A stretch of DNA of 64,000 nucleotides from the NCBI GenBank assembly GCA_947493535.1, contig CANLRK010000004.1:34950-98949 (forward strand), in the 5' to 3' direction. The translations under genes were made by a program, and so were the position numbers. This document shows positions 7,889 to 18,673 of this stretch, piece after piece. The notes below the pieces were generated by a model. It did no database searches. It saw only the letters and a list, made by a program, of their open reading frames with translations, and was not told the origin of the DNA. Within the stretch, counting starts at the first letter, position 1. Each line of letters begins with the position of its first letter. Source of the stretch: an uncultured Flavobacteriaceae bacterium. GTDB lineage: Bacteria; Bacteroidota; Bacteroidia; Flavobacteriales; Flavobacteriaceae.

Positions 7889-10501
7889 TTAGTTTAAATA
7901 TACTTTTACAGCATCTAAGGCAGCATCTATACCTGCTGGATTTTTACCTCCTGCAGTTGCAAAGAATGGCTGACCTCCCCCACCTCCTTGAATATGCTTT
8001 CCTAATTCTCTAACAATAGTTCCTGCGTTTAATTCTTTTGCAGCAACCAAATCTTTAGATATATAACAAGTTAGTGTAGCCTTCCCGTCGTTTTCTGCTC
8101 CAATAAACAAGAATAAGTTATCTAGCTCACCACCTATTTCATGTACTAAGTCTTTAATTTCTTTAGGACCTAAATCTATCTTTTTTGCCAGAAAGTTCAC
8201 TCCGTTTATTTGGGTTATTTCACCCTTTAAATCACTCTTTAAACTCCCTGCTTTTTCTTTTAGCAATTGTTCTACTTGTTTTTTCAAAGCAGCGTTTTCA
8301 TCTTGCAAACTAGTAATTGCCTTTATAGGGTCTTTTGCGTTTTTAAGCGCCTGTTTAACTTTATTATAATCGTTTTCTGTACCTGTAAAATACTCGCCAA
8401 CAGCCTTATTAGTTATAGCTTCAACACGACGTATTCCTGCAGCTACTGCACTTTCAGATTTTATTTTAAAATACCATATGTCTGCTGTTTGATTTACGTG
8501 AGTTCCTCCGCATAACTCAATTGAATTTCCAAAACGGATTGCTCTTACGCTATCTCCATACTTTTCACCAAATAAAGCCATTGCTCCCTCATCTAAGGCT
8601 TGCTGCATTGGGATATTTCTTTTTTCTTCAAGCACTATATTTTCACGAATACGAGCATTTACAAAGTCTTCAATTTCTTGCAGTTGTTCTGAGCTTACTT
8701 TTGAAAAATGTGAAAAATCAAAACGTAAATACTTCGGGCTTACCAAAGATCCCTTTTGCTCTACATGATCGCCCAATATTGTACGTAAGGCTTGGTGTAA
8801 TAAATGTGTTGCTGTATGATTACTTGCTGAAAGAGCTCTAGCTTCTTTATTTACTACTGCTTTAAATCGTTCTGATAAATTATCAGGTAAACTTTTAGTA
8901 TAATGAATTATTAAGTTATTTTCTTTTTTTGTGTTAAGCACATATATAACATCTCCATTTGAAGTTTCAATATGTCCGTTATCACCTACTTGCCCCCCTC
9001 CTTCTGGGTAAAAAGGCGTAATATTAAACACTATCTGGTATTGTTCTCCGTCTTTTTGAGTTGTTATTTTTCTGTAACGCGTTAACTTTACATCCACCTC
9101 TAAAGTATCGTACCCCACAAACTCTTCTTCATCGTCTTCCACAAGAATATGCCAATCATCCGTTTCTATAGCAGTTGCCTGACGCCCTCTATCTTGCTGC
9201 TCTTTTAAAGCTTTCTCGTATTCTTCTTGATTATAACCAAGTCCTTTTTCTGATAAAATTAAAGCTGTTAAATCTTCAGGAAACCCATAGGTATCTTTCA
9301 ATTCAAACACTTTCCTTCCAGATATGATTTTTGATGTTGCGTTAGAAGTGATGTTTTCTAACAACAATAGCCCTTGCTCTAAGGTTCGTAAAAATGATTG
9401 CTCTTCTTCTTTTATAACACTTACCGCCAATGATTTTTGCGCTTTAATTTCAGGAAAAGCTTCGCCCATTTGTGCGCTTAGTGTTTCTACCAATTGGTAT
9501 ATGAAAGGCTCTTTTTTATTTAAGAAGGTAAATCCATAACGTATTGCTCTACGCAAAATACGTCGTATTACATACCCCGCTCCTGTATTGCTTGGTAATT
9601 GTCCGTCAGCAATTGCAAAAGCTACGGCACGAACATGATCTGCAATTACACGAATAGCAATATCAGTAGTTTCATTTTTACCATAATTTGCATTTGTTAT
9701 GGTTTCAATTTCTCTAATTAAAGGAGTAAATACATCGGTATCATAGTTTGATTGTACACCTTGCATTACCATACACAAACGCTCAAACCCCATTCCAGTA
9801 TCAATATGTGTGGCTGGTAAATTTTCAAGGGTACCATCGGCTTTTCTGTTGTATTGCATAAACACCAAATTCCAAACCTCTACCACTTGAGGATGATCCA
9901 TGTTTACCAATGATGCCCCAGAAACCTTTGCTTTTTCAGCTGCCGAACGAATATCAACATGAATCTCAGAGCATGGACCACATGGCCCTTGCGCTCCCAT
10001 TTCCCAAAAATTATCCTTTTTGTTTCCTAATAAAATTCTATCCTCAGCTATAAATTGTTTCCAAAAATTATATGCTTCAGTATCCTTAGACAATCCTTCA
10101 TTTTCATCACCTTCAAAAATAGTTACATATAAAATATCTTTATCAATTTTATACACTTCCGTCAATAACTCCCACGCCCAGGCTATAGCTTCTTTTTTAA
10201 AATAATCTCCAAAACTCCAGTTTCCTAGCATTTCAAACATGGTATGGTGATAAGTATCTTTACCCACCTCTTCCAAATCATTGTGTTTTCCTGAAACACG
10301 CAAACACTTTTGAGTATCTGCAACACGTGAATTCACTACCTTTTTCTGCCCTAAAAAGAACTCTTTAAAAGGCACCATTCCTGCATTAGTAAACATTAAT
10401 GTAGGGTCATTTTTAAGCACCATAGGTGCCGATGGAACTACTTTATGTGATTTTGATTCAAAAAAGTTTAAAAACTTAGAGCGTATTTCTTGAGATTTCA
10501 T
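7889..10501 (-). CDS. alaS: alanine--tRNA ligase
   Basis: 870 aa. N-terminal class II catalytic core ([10 protein letters not shown]), editing-domain [11 protein letters not shown] motif, and a C-terminal DHHA1-like GGGGGQP region. Confidence 0.97.
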   Translation of the reverse strand: MKSQEIRSKFLNFFESKSHKVVPSAPMVLKNDPTLMFTNAGMVPFKEFFLGQKKVVNSRVADTQKCLRVSGKHNDLEEVGKDTYHHTMFEMLGNWSFGDYFKKEAIAWAWELLTEVYKIDKDILYVTIFEGDENEGLSKDTEAYNFWKQFIAEDRILLGNKKDNFWEMGAQGPCGPCSEIHVDIRSAAEKAKVSGASLVNMDHPQVVEVWNLVFMQYNRKADGTLENLPATHIDTGMGFERLCMVMQGVQSNYDTDVFTPLIREIETITNANYGKNETTDIAIRVIADHVRAVAFAIADGQLPSNTGAGYVIRRILRRAIRYGFTFLNKKEPFIYQLVETLSAQMGEAFPEIKAQKSLAVSVIKEEEQSFLRTLEQGLLLLENITSNATSKIISGRKVFELKDTYGFPEDLTALILSEKGLGYNQEEYEKALKEQQDRGRQATAIETDDWHILVEDDEEEFVGYDTLEVDVKLTRYRKITTQKDGEQYQIVFNITPFYPEGGGQVGDNGHIETSNGDVIYVLNTKKENNLIIHYTKSLPDNLSERFKAVVNKEARALSASNHTATHLLHQALRTILGDHVEQKGSLVSPKYLRFDFSHFSKVSSEQLQEIEDFVNARIRENIVLEEKRNIPMQQALDEGAMALFGEKYGDSVRAIRFGNSIELCGGTHVNQTADIWYFKIKSESAVAAGIRRVEAITNKAVGEYFTGTENDYNKVKQALKNAKDPIKAITSLQDENAALKKQVEQLLKEKAGSLKSDLKGEITQINGVNFLAKKIDLGPKEIKDLVHEIGGELDNLFLFIGAENDGKATLTCYISKDLVAAKELNAGTIVRELGKHIQGGGGGQPFFATAGGKNPAGIDAALDAVKVYLN

Positions 10502-10543
10502 AGTAAGCTTAACTTATAAAGTTTTACCTAACAAAACAATTTT

Positions 10544-10551
10544 TATATTTG
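10544..10551 (+). promoter_or_regulatory. Bacteroidota -7 box TATATTTG upstream of the M23 peptidase gene
   Basis: Exact match to TAnnTTTG, 46 bp upstream of the ATG at 10598. Confidence 0.4.
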
Positions 10552-10575
10552 TGTATCGTTAGTATTCTAAACGTA

Positions 10576-10583
10576 CAAAAATA
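10576..10583 (-). promoter_or_regulatory. Bacteroidota -7 box (minus strand TATTTTTG) upstream of alaS
   Basis: Plus strand CAAAAATA. About 75 bp upstream of the alaS ATG at 10501. Confidence 0.35.
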
Positions 10584-10597
10584 GCACATTTAAACTT

Positions 10598-11566
10598 ATG
10601 GCTAAAGTAAAATATTATTATGATTCCGAAACACTTTCCTACAGAAAGATAACTCGAAAAAAAGGACGTGCCTTAACTTTTTCATTGCTATTTCTTTCTG
10701 CGGCTGCATTGTTTGGTTTTTTTAGTTATATAGTAGTTTCTAGTTACATAGATTCTCCTAAAGAAAAAATGCTACAGCGAGAGAATGAAAACCTGAAATT
10801 AAATTATGCCAAATTAAATAAGCGTGTTGCGCTTGCCGAACAGGTAATGCACAATATTGCAGAGCGTGACGAGAATATTTATCGCATTCATTTTGAAGCT
10901 AACCCCATTTCTGAAGCACAGCGAAAAGCAGGTTTTGGAGGAATTAACAAGTATAAAAATTTAGAAGGTGCTGAAAACTCAGAACTCATTATAAATTCAT
11001 CAAAAAAAGTTGACAAACTTATTAAGGAAATTGAAGTACAATCGCGTTCGTTAGATGAGATTGAAAAATTAGCTGCAAATAAAGAAAAACTACTTAAGGC
11101 TATTCCTGCAATCCAACCAGTACAAAACAAAGATTTAACTCGATTAGCTTCAGGTTATGGTATGCGCATGCACCCTATTTTGAAATACCGTAAAATGCAT
11201 CATGGAATGGATTTTACAGCAGATAGAGGAACACCTATTTACGCTACTGGCGACGGAAAAGTAATTAAAGCATCACGAGGAACTGGATATGGAAACATGG
11301 TCATTATTGATCATGGTTTTGGTTACAAAACTAAATACGCCCATATGAGCAAATATAACACCCGAAAAGGGCGTTATGTAAAGCGTGGTGACATTATTGG
11401 ATATGTAGGTAATACTGGGCTTTCATCAGGGCCGCATTTACATTATGAAGTGCATAAAAATGATAAGCCAATCAACCCTATTAACTTTTATCATGGCGAT
11501 TTAACTCCTGAAGAGTATGAAATTATGCTAGAAAAAGCTGCCGAAGAAAATCAATCTTTTGACTAA
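10598..11566 (+). CDS. M23 family metallopeptidase (membrane anchored, coiled-coil)
   Basis: N-terminal TM segment. LytM-type motifs HHGMDF and GPHLHYEVH. Confidence 0.85.
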   Translation: MAKVKYYYDSETLSYRKITRKKGRALTFSLLFLSAAALFGFFSYIVVSSYIDSPKEKMLQRENENLKLNYAKLNKRVALAEQVMHNIAERDENIYRIHFEANPISEAQRKAGFGGINKYKNLEGAENSELIINSSKKVDKLIKEIEVQSRSLDEIEKLAANKEKLLKAIPAIQPVQNKDLTRLASGYGMRMHPILKYRKMHHGMDFTADRGTPIYATGDGKVIKASRGTGYGNMVIIDHGFGYKTKYAHMSKYNTRKGRYVKRGDIIGYVGNTGLSSGPHLHYEVHKNDKPINPINFYHGDLTPEEYEIMLEKAAEENQSFD

Positions 11567-11898
11567 TGTATATCAATCTTCCAGAAAAAAGATACTACAA
11601 AATTGGCGAGGTTGCTAAAGCCTTTGGAGTAAACACCTCATTAATTCGTTTTTGGGAAAAAGAATTTGATGTTCTTAAACCAAAAAAAAATGCCAAAGGC
11701 GACAGAAAATTTACTTCTGAAGACGTTAAAAACCTAGAACTTATTTACTACCTCGTAAAAGAAAAAGGTTATACCCTTGATGGTGCCAAAACACATTTAA
11801 AAGAAGAGAAGAAAAAAACACTTAAAAACTTTGAAATTATACGTAAATTAGAGCATATAAAAAACGAGTTATATAAATTTAAAGAACAACTAGACTAA
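11566..11898 (+). CDS. MerR family transcriptional regulator
   Basis: HTH YKIGEVAKAFGVNTSLIRFWEKEF. Start overlaps the upstream stop (TAATG). Confidence 0.8.
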   Translation: MYINLPEKRYYKIGEVAKAFGVNTSLIRFWEKEFDVLKPKKNAKGDRKFTSEDVKNLELIYYLVKEKGYTLDGAKTHLKEEKKKTLKNFEIIRKLEHIKNELYKFKEQLD

Positions 11899-11910
11899 CA
11901 TCAAATAGCT

Positions 11911-12510
11911 ATGAAAAAATTTCTTCCATTAATTATAATCGCAATTATTGCAATAGCTGCTTACGGATGGGTAAAAAGCTTTTACAATACCGCTATTAAG
12001 CATGACGAAACCATAGGAGAACAATGGGCAAATGTAGAAAGTGCTTACCAACGTAGAGCTGATTTAATACCTAATTTAATGAAAGTTGCTGAACGCTATG
12101 CTGAACACGAACAAGAAACTTTTACCAAAGTAATTGAAGCACGCTCAAAAGCAACAAGCATACAAATAGACCCAAGCAATATTACACCTCAACAACTACA
12201 ACAATTTCAAGAAGTACAAAGTAGCTTAACCTCAGCATTATCAAGGTTGTTAGCCGTTTTTGAGCGTTACCCCGATTTAAAGGCCAATGAGAACTACAAA
12301 GAACTCATGAATGAATTAGAGCGTACAGAAAACAGAATAAATGTAGAACGTAATCGTTTTAACGAAAAAGTAACTCCTTATAACAATCATATTCGACAAT
12401 TCCCTGGAAACATCCTTGCTGGTGTATTTAATTTTGAGAAAAAATTACGTTTTGAAGCTGAAAAAGGATCTGAAAAAGCACCCGATATTAATGACTACAT
12501 AAGCAAGTAA
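11911..12510 (+). CDS. lemA: LemA family protein
   Basis: N-terminal TM plus the typical LemA core (EQWANVESAYQRRADLIPNL, RFNEKVTPYNN). Confidence 0.85.
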   Translation: MKKFLPLIIIAIIAIAAYGWVKSFYNTAIKHDETIGEQWANVESAYQRRADLIPNLMKVAERYAEHEQETFTKVIEARSKATSIQIDPSNITPQQLQQFQEVQSSLTSALSRLLAVFERYPDLKANENYKELMNELERTENRINVERNRFNEKVTPYNNHIRQFPGNILAGVFNFEKKLRFEAEKGSEKAPDINDYISK

Positions 12511-12514
12511 TATC

Positions 12515-12952
12515 ATGTCTGCTACCGAAGACTTTTTAACCAGCCAAGAGGAGCAAGAAATTATTGCAGCTATTATAAAAGCCGAAAGTAATACCTCTGG
12601 AGAAATTAGAGTACACCTAGAAGAAAAACTTTATAAAGATGCTCATGAAAGAGCTTTAGAAGTTTTTCATATATTACAAATGCACCAAACTAAGCTAAGC
12701 AACGGTGTATTATTTTATGTGGCCGTGCAAAGCAAAACATTTGTAATTTATGGTGACCAAGGCATACATAAAAAAGTACCTTTAGATTTTTGGAACAATA
12801 CTAAAGATACAGTTATTAGCTACTTTAAAAAGAAAGAATACAAAAAAGGCTTAATTGCAGGAATATTAGAAGCTGGAATTCAGCTACAAGAATACTTTCC
12901 AATTTCAAAAGATGATGTAAACGAATTGCCTAACGAAATTTCTAGAAGTTAA
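12515..12952 (+). CDS. TPM domain-containing protein (cytoplasmic type)
   Basis: 145 aa with GEIRVHLEE and VLFYVAVQSKTFVIYGD, as in TPM/TLP18.3-like domains. Follows lemA by 4 nt. Confidence 0.7.
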   Translation: MSATEDFLTSQEEQEIIAAIIKAESNTSGEIRVHLEEKLYKDAHERALEVFHILQMHQTKLSNGVLFYVAVQSKTFVIYGDQGIHKKVPLDFWNNTKDTVISYFKKKEYKKGLIAGILEAGIQLQEYFPISKDDVNELPNEISRS

Positions 12953-13749
12953 TGCAAGTACTCATAAAACATCTTGTCCTTTTTTTAGCAGCTATTTTGT
13001 TTTCACAACTCAGCTACAGCCAATTTACCATACCAGAACTCCCTAACAAAAGTAAACAAACAAGTGTTTATGATAGTGCACACTTATTAAGCAAAAATCA
13101 AGCTGAATTTCTTGAACAAAAATTAATTAAGTATGCCGATAGTACCTCTACTCAAATTGTTATAGCAACCACACCTACTTTATACGGTGATGATATTTCT
13201 CTTACTGCTACAAAATGGGCTCATAAATGGGGTGTGGGTCAAGCCAATAAAGACAATGGTATTTTTATTCTTGTAGCTAGTAAAGACCGTAAAATAGACA
13301 TTAGCACAGGATACGGAATAGAATACCGACTTACCGACTTGATGGCTGAGCGTATTTTAAACCGTATCATACTTCCTGAATTTAAACGTGGTGATTATTT
13401 TTCTGGTTTAAACAAAGGGACAGATGCCATATTCGCTGCATTAAACGGAGAATTTAAGGCCGATAAAAAATATGAAAAAGACAACAGTGGTTTTCATCAA
13501 GGTATTATTATTTTATTAGGCACCATGTTTTTTATCATTATACTTTCCATTCTTTCAAAAGGAAAAGGAGATGATGATGATTTTAAAGGCGGTAAACGCT
13601 CCCGAGGACTATCACCTTTTGAAATGATCATCCTTTCGAGTGGCGGAAGATCTTACGGTGGGGGCACAGGAAGTTTTGGCGGCGGAGGGTTTTCAGGTGG
13701 TTTCGGAGGAGGCGGCTTTGGCGGCGGCGGCGCAAGCGGAAGTTGGTAA
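12952..13749 (+). CDS. TPM domain-containing protein, YgcG-like (signal peptide, TM, Gly-rich tail)
   Basis: Signal peptide, TPM core (STQIVIATTPTL, GIFILVASKDRKIDISTGYG), one TM segment, and a C-terminal GGGFSGGFGGGGFGGGG tail. Shares 1 nt with the upstream stop. Confidence 0.75.
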   Translation: MQVLIKHLVLFLAAILFSQLSYSQFTIPELPNKSKQTSVYDSAHLLSKNQAEFLEQKLIKYADSTSTQIVIATTPTLYGDDISLTATKWAHKWGVGQANKDNGIFILVASKDRKIDISTGYGIEYRLTDLMAERILNRIILPEFKRGDYFSGLNKGTDAIFAALNGEFKADKKYEKDNSGFHQGIIILLGTMFFIIILSILSKGKGDDDDFKGGKRSRGLSPFEMIILSSGGRSYGGGTGSFGGGGFSGGFGGGGFGGGGASGSW

Positions 13750-13817
13750 AGACAAAAACTTTTGGTATGAATAATATAAGTTTTGACTCTACTTACTTAT
13801 AATCTTTTTCAAGAAAA

Positions 13818-16559
13818 CTAACTTTTCTTACCACCAATTTTATTTACTTTATATGTAAAGCTTAGCATAAAATATTGTTTCAATACTAAGTTTTCGGTAT
13901 CCGATATATAATCTTGATTAGAGTATCTTCTTACGCTAGTATTCTGATTAAGCAAATCATATACTTTTATTTTTACAATCCCTTTATCCTTTAACATTTT
14001 CACTCCTAAACTCGCATTCCACATATAAGTTGATTTTGTAAAACCTTCAGCTACATTAGGGTTGTAATTCATTGTAAAGTCATTAGCTAACTCTACTTTT
14101 TTAGGCCAATAGGTTTCTAAATTAATTCCTAACGAAGAGCTTGTATATTTATTTTCCTGTCCTAAATCGATAGAATAATCTAATGCATTAAAATCATATT
14201 CAAAACGCGGACTCAGCTCTATCAGATCGTTATAATTATATGTGAATGAAATTATCGGGTTGACAGATATATTTTTAGTTGTTAGTTCTTCTCCATTTGA
14301 AAAACCTTTATTCCTACTTAAATTAGTATTCAGGTTAAAATTATACGAAAAATTATGCTTCCCCAAACTATGCTTCTTATTATAACCTCCGCTTAGATAT
14401 GCCCAATATGAACCATTTACATTTTCATACGTTGTAATACGCTTATACGTTATAGGGTCAGTTATCGTTTTTGATATTGCAGCGTTATCTGTTAATGATG
14501 TAGAAGCATACAAATTATAACCACTTTTCTTTTTTATATTAAAATTTCGATAGCTAAATGATATACGCGTTACATTTGATGCTTTTAAATTTGGGTTACC
14601 AACTATAGTATTTAACGGATTGGTATTATCTACTACAGGCTGAATTTGACTTATTTGAGGCACATTGGCACTATTGGCTATTCGTGCCCAAATAGATTTT
14701 CCTTGCCCTATTCTTTTCCATAAATTAATCATGAAATTCATGCTGGTAAACGTATTTGTTATCACTGTATTATTTAATACATTTTTATTTTCTAATTCGG
14801 TAAAGTTATACCCAATATTAAAACGAATATTAAGTTTATCCTTTTTGTATTTTATTCCTGCGGATGGCGCAAGAAGTGTTGTTTTTGTTTTAACCCTATT
14901 CGTTAACTCAATATTTACTACATCATACTGTTCATTAGTTAAATTATAATCAAATGTTTCTCGATTGATAGAAGAACTATTTAAATCAGACCGCAAACCT
15001 AATTCATAAAACCAATTTCCTTTCAACACTCTAGTATAACGCAAATAAGCATTTAAAAAATCATTTGTTTGTTTATTAACTTTAAGTTGATTTTCATTTT
15101 CATCTGCAATTGAGGTATCTGTGTAATCAACCGTTGATTTAAAAATATCTTCAGAGTCATTATTGCTATACCCTGAGTTTAGCCATAAGCCTAAACTTTC
15201 TCCAGCTACTTTAAATTTCCGAGAAATATTCCCATCAAAATTAGCACTATAACTATCAAATGTTGACAACGTACTGGTAAACGAGTTGTTTATTACTCCT
15301 TCAGTTGAATTACTCCTTCTTTGGGTGTTTGTACTAAGCATATCACCATTGCTTTTTGAAAAGCTAGGAGCTACTGATATGCGTGTTAATGTATCTGGTT
15401 TTGTTTCAAATTCAAGATTGAAATTATGTCCTGAAGCTTTTCTATCAGAACTAGATGTTGAGGTTGTTATATAAGAACTGTTATTAGGTAAAAATGTTTC
15501 TATTCTTGATAAAGCTTTAGTTTCTGAGTCGTTTTGATCAAATAAATAATCTGTACCTAAATCCGTTTTTTTATTCCATTCATTGGCGTAATGTACACCT
15601 GCAGTAGTTGCTTGTGTTATTCCATTAGACGAATTTGAAAACAGTGGATTGGTTTGTTGCCAAACCCCATTAATTTTTCGCCAATTATTACTCCCTCCGC
15701 CAATATCTTTAACTTCATCATTGTTAAAACCAGAAGTATTAATATTGTTAGATCCGCTCAACACACTTAAACGCTCTTCTTCATTAAAATAGTTTAGTAT
15801 ACCACTAACTGAATAACGTTCATCGGTACCATACCCTGTAGTTATACGCCCAAAAAAACCTTTGTTTTTATCTTCTTTTATGGTAATATTTATGGTTTTA
15901 TTTTCTTTATCACCCTCTTCTCCAGTAAAAGCCTGATCTTTAGTTTTAGTATCTACTACCTGTATTTTATCTATAATCTCTTTTGGCAAATTTTTAGTAG
16001 CTATAGTTAAATCACTCCCAAAAAACTCTTTCCCGTTAACTAGTATTTTATTTACTTTTTTTCCGTTTACAGTTATATTTCCATCACTATCCACTATAAC
16101 TCCAGGTAGTTTTTTTAATAAGGTTTCTACATTTGCATCAGCCCCTGTTTTAAATGATGCAGCATTAAACTGAAGAGTGTCTTTTTTTATGACTATTGGC
16201 GCACGTTCCGCCACAACCACTACTTCGTTTAGTAATTCTGAATTCTCCTTTAATACAATTTGCTCTAGATGGATTTTACTTGCCGAAGTACTCAGTTCTT
16301 TTTTATAAACCGCCATACCTGTGTACGAAACAAATAAATTAAGTTTAGCTTCTTTTGTTCTTCCTGATAACTCAAAAAAGCCTTTTTCATCAGAAATTGT
16401 ATACGCTATCATTGTAGAATCTTGAACAGACTCTGCATATACAGTAGCAGATTCAATTGGTTTGTTTTGTTGATCTGCTACATAACCTGTTACTTCAAAG
16501 TTTTGAGCAACTGATGTTAGCGTACACCATAACAAACTAAAAAAAACTAAACTCTTCAT
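13818..16559 (-). CDS. outer membrane beta-barrel protein, TonB-dependent-receptor-like (CarboxypepD_reg N-terminus)
   Basis: Signal peptide, then a carboxypeptidase-regulatory-like domain (VTGYVADQQNKPIESATVYA). Followed by a plug-like segment (LLKKLPGVIVDSDGNITVNGK) and a long Asn/Ser/Thr/Tyr-rich barrel. Confidence 0.75.
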   Translation of the reverse strand: MKSLVFFSLLWCTLTSVAQNFEVTGYVADQQNKPIESATVYAESVQDSTMIAYTISDEKGFFELSGRTKEAKLNLFVSYTGMAVYKKELSTSASKIHLEQIVLKENSELLNEVVVVAERAPIVIKKDTLQFNAASFKTGADANVETLLKKLPGVIVDSDGNITVNGKKVNKILVNGKEFFGSDLTIATKNLPKEIIDKIQVVDTKTKDQAFTGEEGDKENKTINITIKEDKNKGFFGRITTGYGTDERYSVSGILNYFNEEERLSVLSGSNNINTSGFNNDEVKDIGGGSNNWRKINGVWQQTNPLFSNSSNGITQATTAGVHYANEWNKKTDLGTDYLFDQNDSETKALSRIETFLPNNSSYITTSTSSSDRKASGHNFNLEFETKPDTLTRISVAPSFSKSNGDMLSTNTQRRSNSTEGVINNSFTSTLSTFDSYSANFDGNISRKFKVAGESLGLWLNSGYSNNDSEDIFKSTVDYTDTSIADENENQLKVNKQTNDFLNAYLRYTRVLKGNWFYELGLRSDLNSSSINRETFDYNLTNEQYDVVNIELTNRVKTKTTLLAPSAGIKYKKDKLNIRFNIGYNFTELENKNVLNNTVITNTFTSMNFMINLWKRIGQGKSIWARIANSANVPQISQIQPVVDNTNPLNTIVGNPNLKASNVTRISFSYRNFNIKKKSGYNLYASTSLTDNAAISKTITDPITYKRITTYENVNGSYWAYLSGGYNKKHSLGKHNFSYNFNLNTNLSRNKGFSNGEELTTKNISVNPIISFTYNYNDLIELSPRFEYDFNALDYSIDLGQENKYTSSSLGINLETYWPKKVELANDFTMNYNPNVAEGFTKSTYMWNASLGVKMLKDKGIVKIKVYDLLNQNTSVRRYSNQDYISDTENLVLKQYFMLSFTYKVNKIGGKKS

Positions 16560-16650
16560 TATTAATTTATGGGTGATTTATGTTGGCTAAACTAAGCCTA
16601 ATTATTACAACAATTATTTTAGCCTTTGCTTTTAATAGAACTTTAACACA

Positions 16651-16680
16651 AAAAACTCCCTTAAGCTACTGCAAGGGAGT
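16651..16680 (-). terminator. rho-independent terminator after der
   Basis: AAAAA-CTCCCTT-(10-nt loop)-AAGGGAG; a U-tract follows on the minus strand. Confidence 0.75.
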
Positions 16681-16692
16681 TTTTAATATTAT

Positions 16693-17997
16693 TTATTTTT
16701 TTCTAAAATAAATTTTAATCGGAACACCTGTAAAACCATAGTGTTCTCTTAATTTATTTTCGATAAACCGTTTATACGGATCCCTTATGTATTGCGGCAA
16801 ATTACAGAAAAACACAAATTGTGGAGTTTTAGTAGGCAATTGCATACAATACTTTATTTTAACAAACTTACCTTTATATGCTGGTGGTGGCGTATGTTCA
16901 ATAACCGGAAGCATTGTTTCGTTAAACTTGCTTGTTTGTATCTTTTTACTACGGTTATTAAAAACTTCTACCGCCGTTTCTATTGCTTTAAAAATACGTT
17001 GCTTTGTTAATGTAGAAATAAACACAATAGGAACATCGGTAAAAGGAGCAATTTGCTCTCTAATATGTACTTCAAAGGCTTTAGTTGTTTTATGGTCTTT
17101 ATCAACTAAATCCCATTTATTCACTAATATTACAACTCCCTTACTATTTTTAACCGCTAACCAAAAAATATTTTGCACTTGCGCATCAAAGCCTCTTGTT
17201 GCATCTACCACTAATAAGCACACATCACTATATTCAATAGCACGTACCGATCGCATTACAGAATAAAACTCTAAATCTTCTTTAACTTTAGCTTTTCTTC
17301 TAATTCCAGCTGTATCAACTAAGTTAAATTCAAAACCATATCGATTATACTTCGTATCAATAGCATCACGTGTTGTACCTGCTATATCTGTAACAATATA
17401 TCTATCCTCACCAATTAACGCGTTGATGAATGATGACTTTCCTGCATTTGGTCTACCTACTACTGCAAAACGAGGCAATTCTGTTTCTTCCTCCTCCTCT
17501 ACTTCTGGCAACACATCAACTAAAGCATCTAATAAATCTCCTGTTCCGCTTCCGCTAATACTTGCTAATGGGTAAAATTCTCCTAATCCTAAACTGTAAA
17601 ACTCTGCAGCATCGTTCAACCTATTTGCCGCATCTACTTTATTTACTGCTAGTAACACCGGTTTGTTTACGCGACGTAACAATGTAGCCACCTCTTCATC
17701 CATACCAGTAACACCCGATTCTACATCTACCATAAAAATTATCGCATCTGCTTCATCAATTGCAAGCTCTACTTGTTTATCAATTTCAGCTTCAAAAATA
17801 TCGTCACTTCCAACAACATATCCTCCCGTATCAATTACTGAAAACTCTTTTCCATTCCAATCAGATTTTCCATAATGACGGTCACGAGTTACCCCACTAA
17901 CCGAATCAATTATAGCTTCTCTTTTTTGAATTAACCGATTAAATAGAGTTGATTTCCCTACGTTTGGCCTTCCTACAATTGCAACTATATTACCCAT
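16693..17997 (-). CDS. der: ribosome biogenesis GTPase Der (EngA)
   Basis: Two tandem GTPase domains ([12 protein letters not shown] and [12 protein letters not shown]) plus a KH-like C-terminus. Confidence 0.95.
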   Translation of the reverse strand: MGNIVAIVGRPNVGKSTLFNRLIQKREAIIDSVSGVTRDRHYGKSDWNGKEFSVIDTGGYVVGSDDIFEAEIDKQVELAIDEADAIIFMVDVESGVTGMDEEVATLLRRVNKPVLLAVNKVDAANRLNDAAEFYSLGLGEFYPLASISGSGTGDLLDALVDVLPEVEEEEETELPRFAVVGRPNAGKSSFINALIGEDRYIVTDIAGTTRDAIDTKYNRYGFEFNLVDTAGIRRKAKVKEDLEFYSVMRSVRAIEYSDVCLLVVDATRGFDAQVQNIFWLAVKNSKGVVILVNKWDLVDKDHKTTKAFEVHIREQIAPFTDVPIVFISTLTKQRIFKAIETAVEVFNNRSKKIQTSKFNETMLPVIEHTPPPAYKGKFVKIKYCMQLPTKTPQFVFFCNLPQYIRDPYKRFIENKLREHYGFTGVPIKIYFRKK

Positions 17998-18139
17998 ATT
18001 TTTTATAAGTCACCACTGACTTTATTTTTAAGATATCTACTTATAAAACAAAATAACACCTTGTTTTACACTATTTTATTTGGGCGCAAAGGTAGTGTTT
18101 ACTTATTTAAGAAAAAACTGTATATTGAAATCTCTTACA

Positions 18140-18643
18140 ATGATAATTATGTCTGTTAGCCCTGAAATTGTTTTACGCCCACGATTCAAAACTGAACTTA
18201 GTGAAGATAAGGATACCTTGCTTCAAAAGTTTGAAATGCAAAAAAAAGAAGCGTCTCCGTATATAGTTACTCGTGTTGACAATCATGTATTTATAAAATT
18301 GCCTGAAAAAGAGCAGCATTTTTGGTCGCCACAACTACATTTAGAAATCAATTCATTTAAAGAAAATAGTAGTACTATAAACGGCTTATTTGGCCCTAAA
18401 CCATCGGTATGGACTATGTTTATGTTTGCTCATTTTATAGTAATTTGTGTGTTTACTGTTTTTGGCATTTGGGCTTATGCAAATGCTTCGTTAAAAAAGA
18501 ATTTTACCATACAATTAGTAGTAATGGGGTTGATGCTATTGTTATGGTTTGTTTTATATTTTGCAGGAAGGGCAGGAAAATTAAAAGGAAAAAATGAAAT
18601 GATAGCCTTAAACAATTATATGAACACTATTTTAAAACAATAA
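18140..18643 (+). CDS. hypothetical membrane protein (soluble N-domain + 2 TM)
   Basis: ORF 18080..18643 starts at a TTG; the first ATG at 18140 (MIIMSVSPE...) is preferred. Two hydrophobic helices lie near the C-terminus. No motif recognised. Confidence 0.5.
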   Translation: MIIMSVSPEIVLRPRFKTELSEDKDTLLQKFEMQKKEASPYIVTRVDNHVFIKLPEKEQHFWSPQLHLEINSFKENSSTINGLFGPKPSVWTMFMFAHFIVICVFTVFGIWAYANASLKKNFTIQLVVMGLMLLLWFVLYFAGRAGKLKGKNEMIALNNYMNTILKQ

Positions 18644-18671
18644 AAAAGCCTGAGTTTTGCTCAGGCTTTTT
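18643..18671. terminator. bidirectional terminator between convergent 18140..18643 and era
   Basis: AAAAA-AGCCTGAG-TTTTG-CTCAGGCT-TTTT. Confidence 0.8.
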
Positions 18672-18673
18672 AT

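Noticed and set aside
8267-10205. Plus-strand ORFs 8267..8515, 8521..8841, 9324..9539 and 10020..10205 inside alaS. Similar antisense or alternate-frame ORFs occur inside paaD, the M23 peptidase gene, the outer-membrane protein gene, der, 18140..18643, ABC-F, gldM, gldL, gldK, topA, miaB, the TBDR, the M43 protease gene, the permeases and others.
   Set aside because: All overlap strongly supported genes. They have Phe/Leu/Ile/Ser/Cys-rich composition typical of AT-rich off-frame translation, and no start context or recognisable motifs.
13620-13749. GC-rich GGN-repeat DNA, considered as a tandem repeat or foreign segment
   Set aside because: It is simply the coding sequence for the Gly-rich C-terminal tail (GGGFSGGFGGGGFGGGG) typical of YgcG-like TPM proteins.
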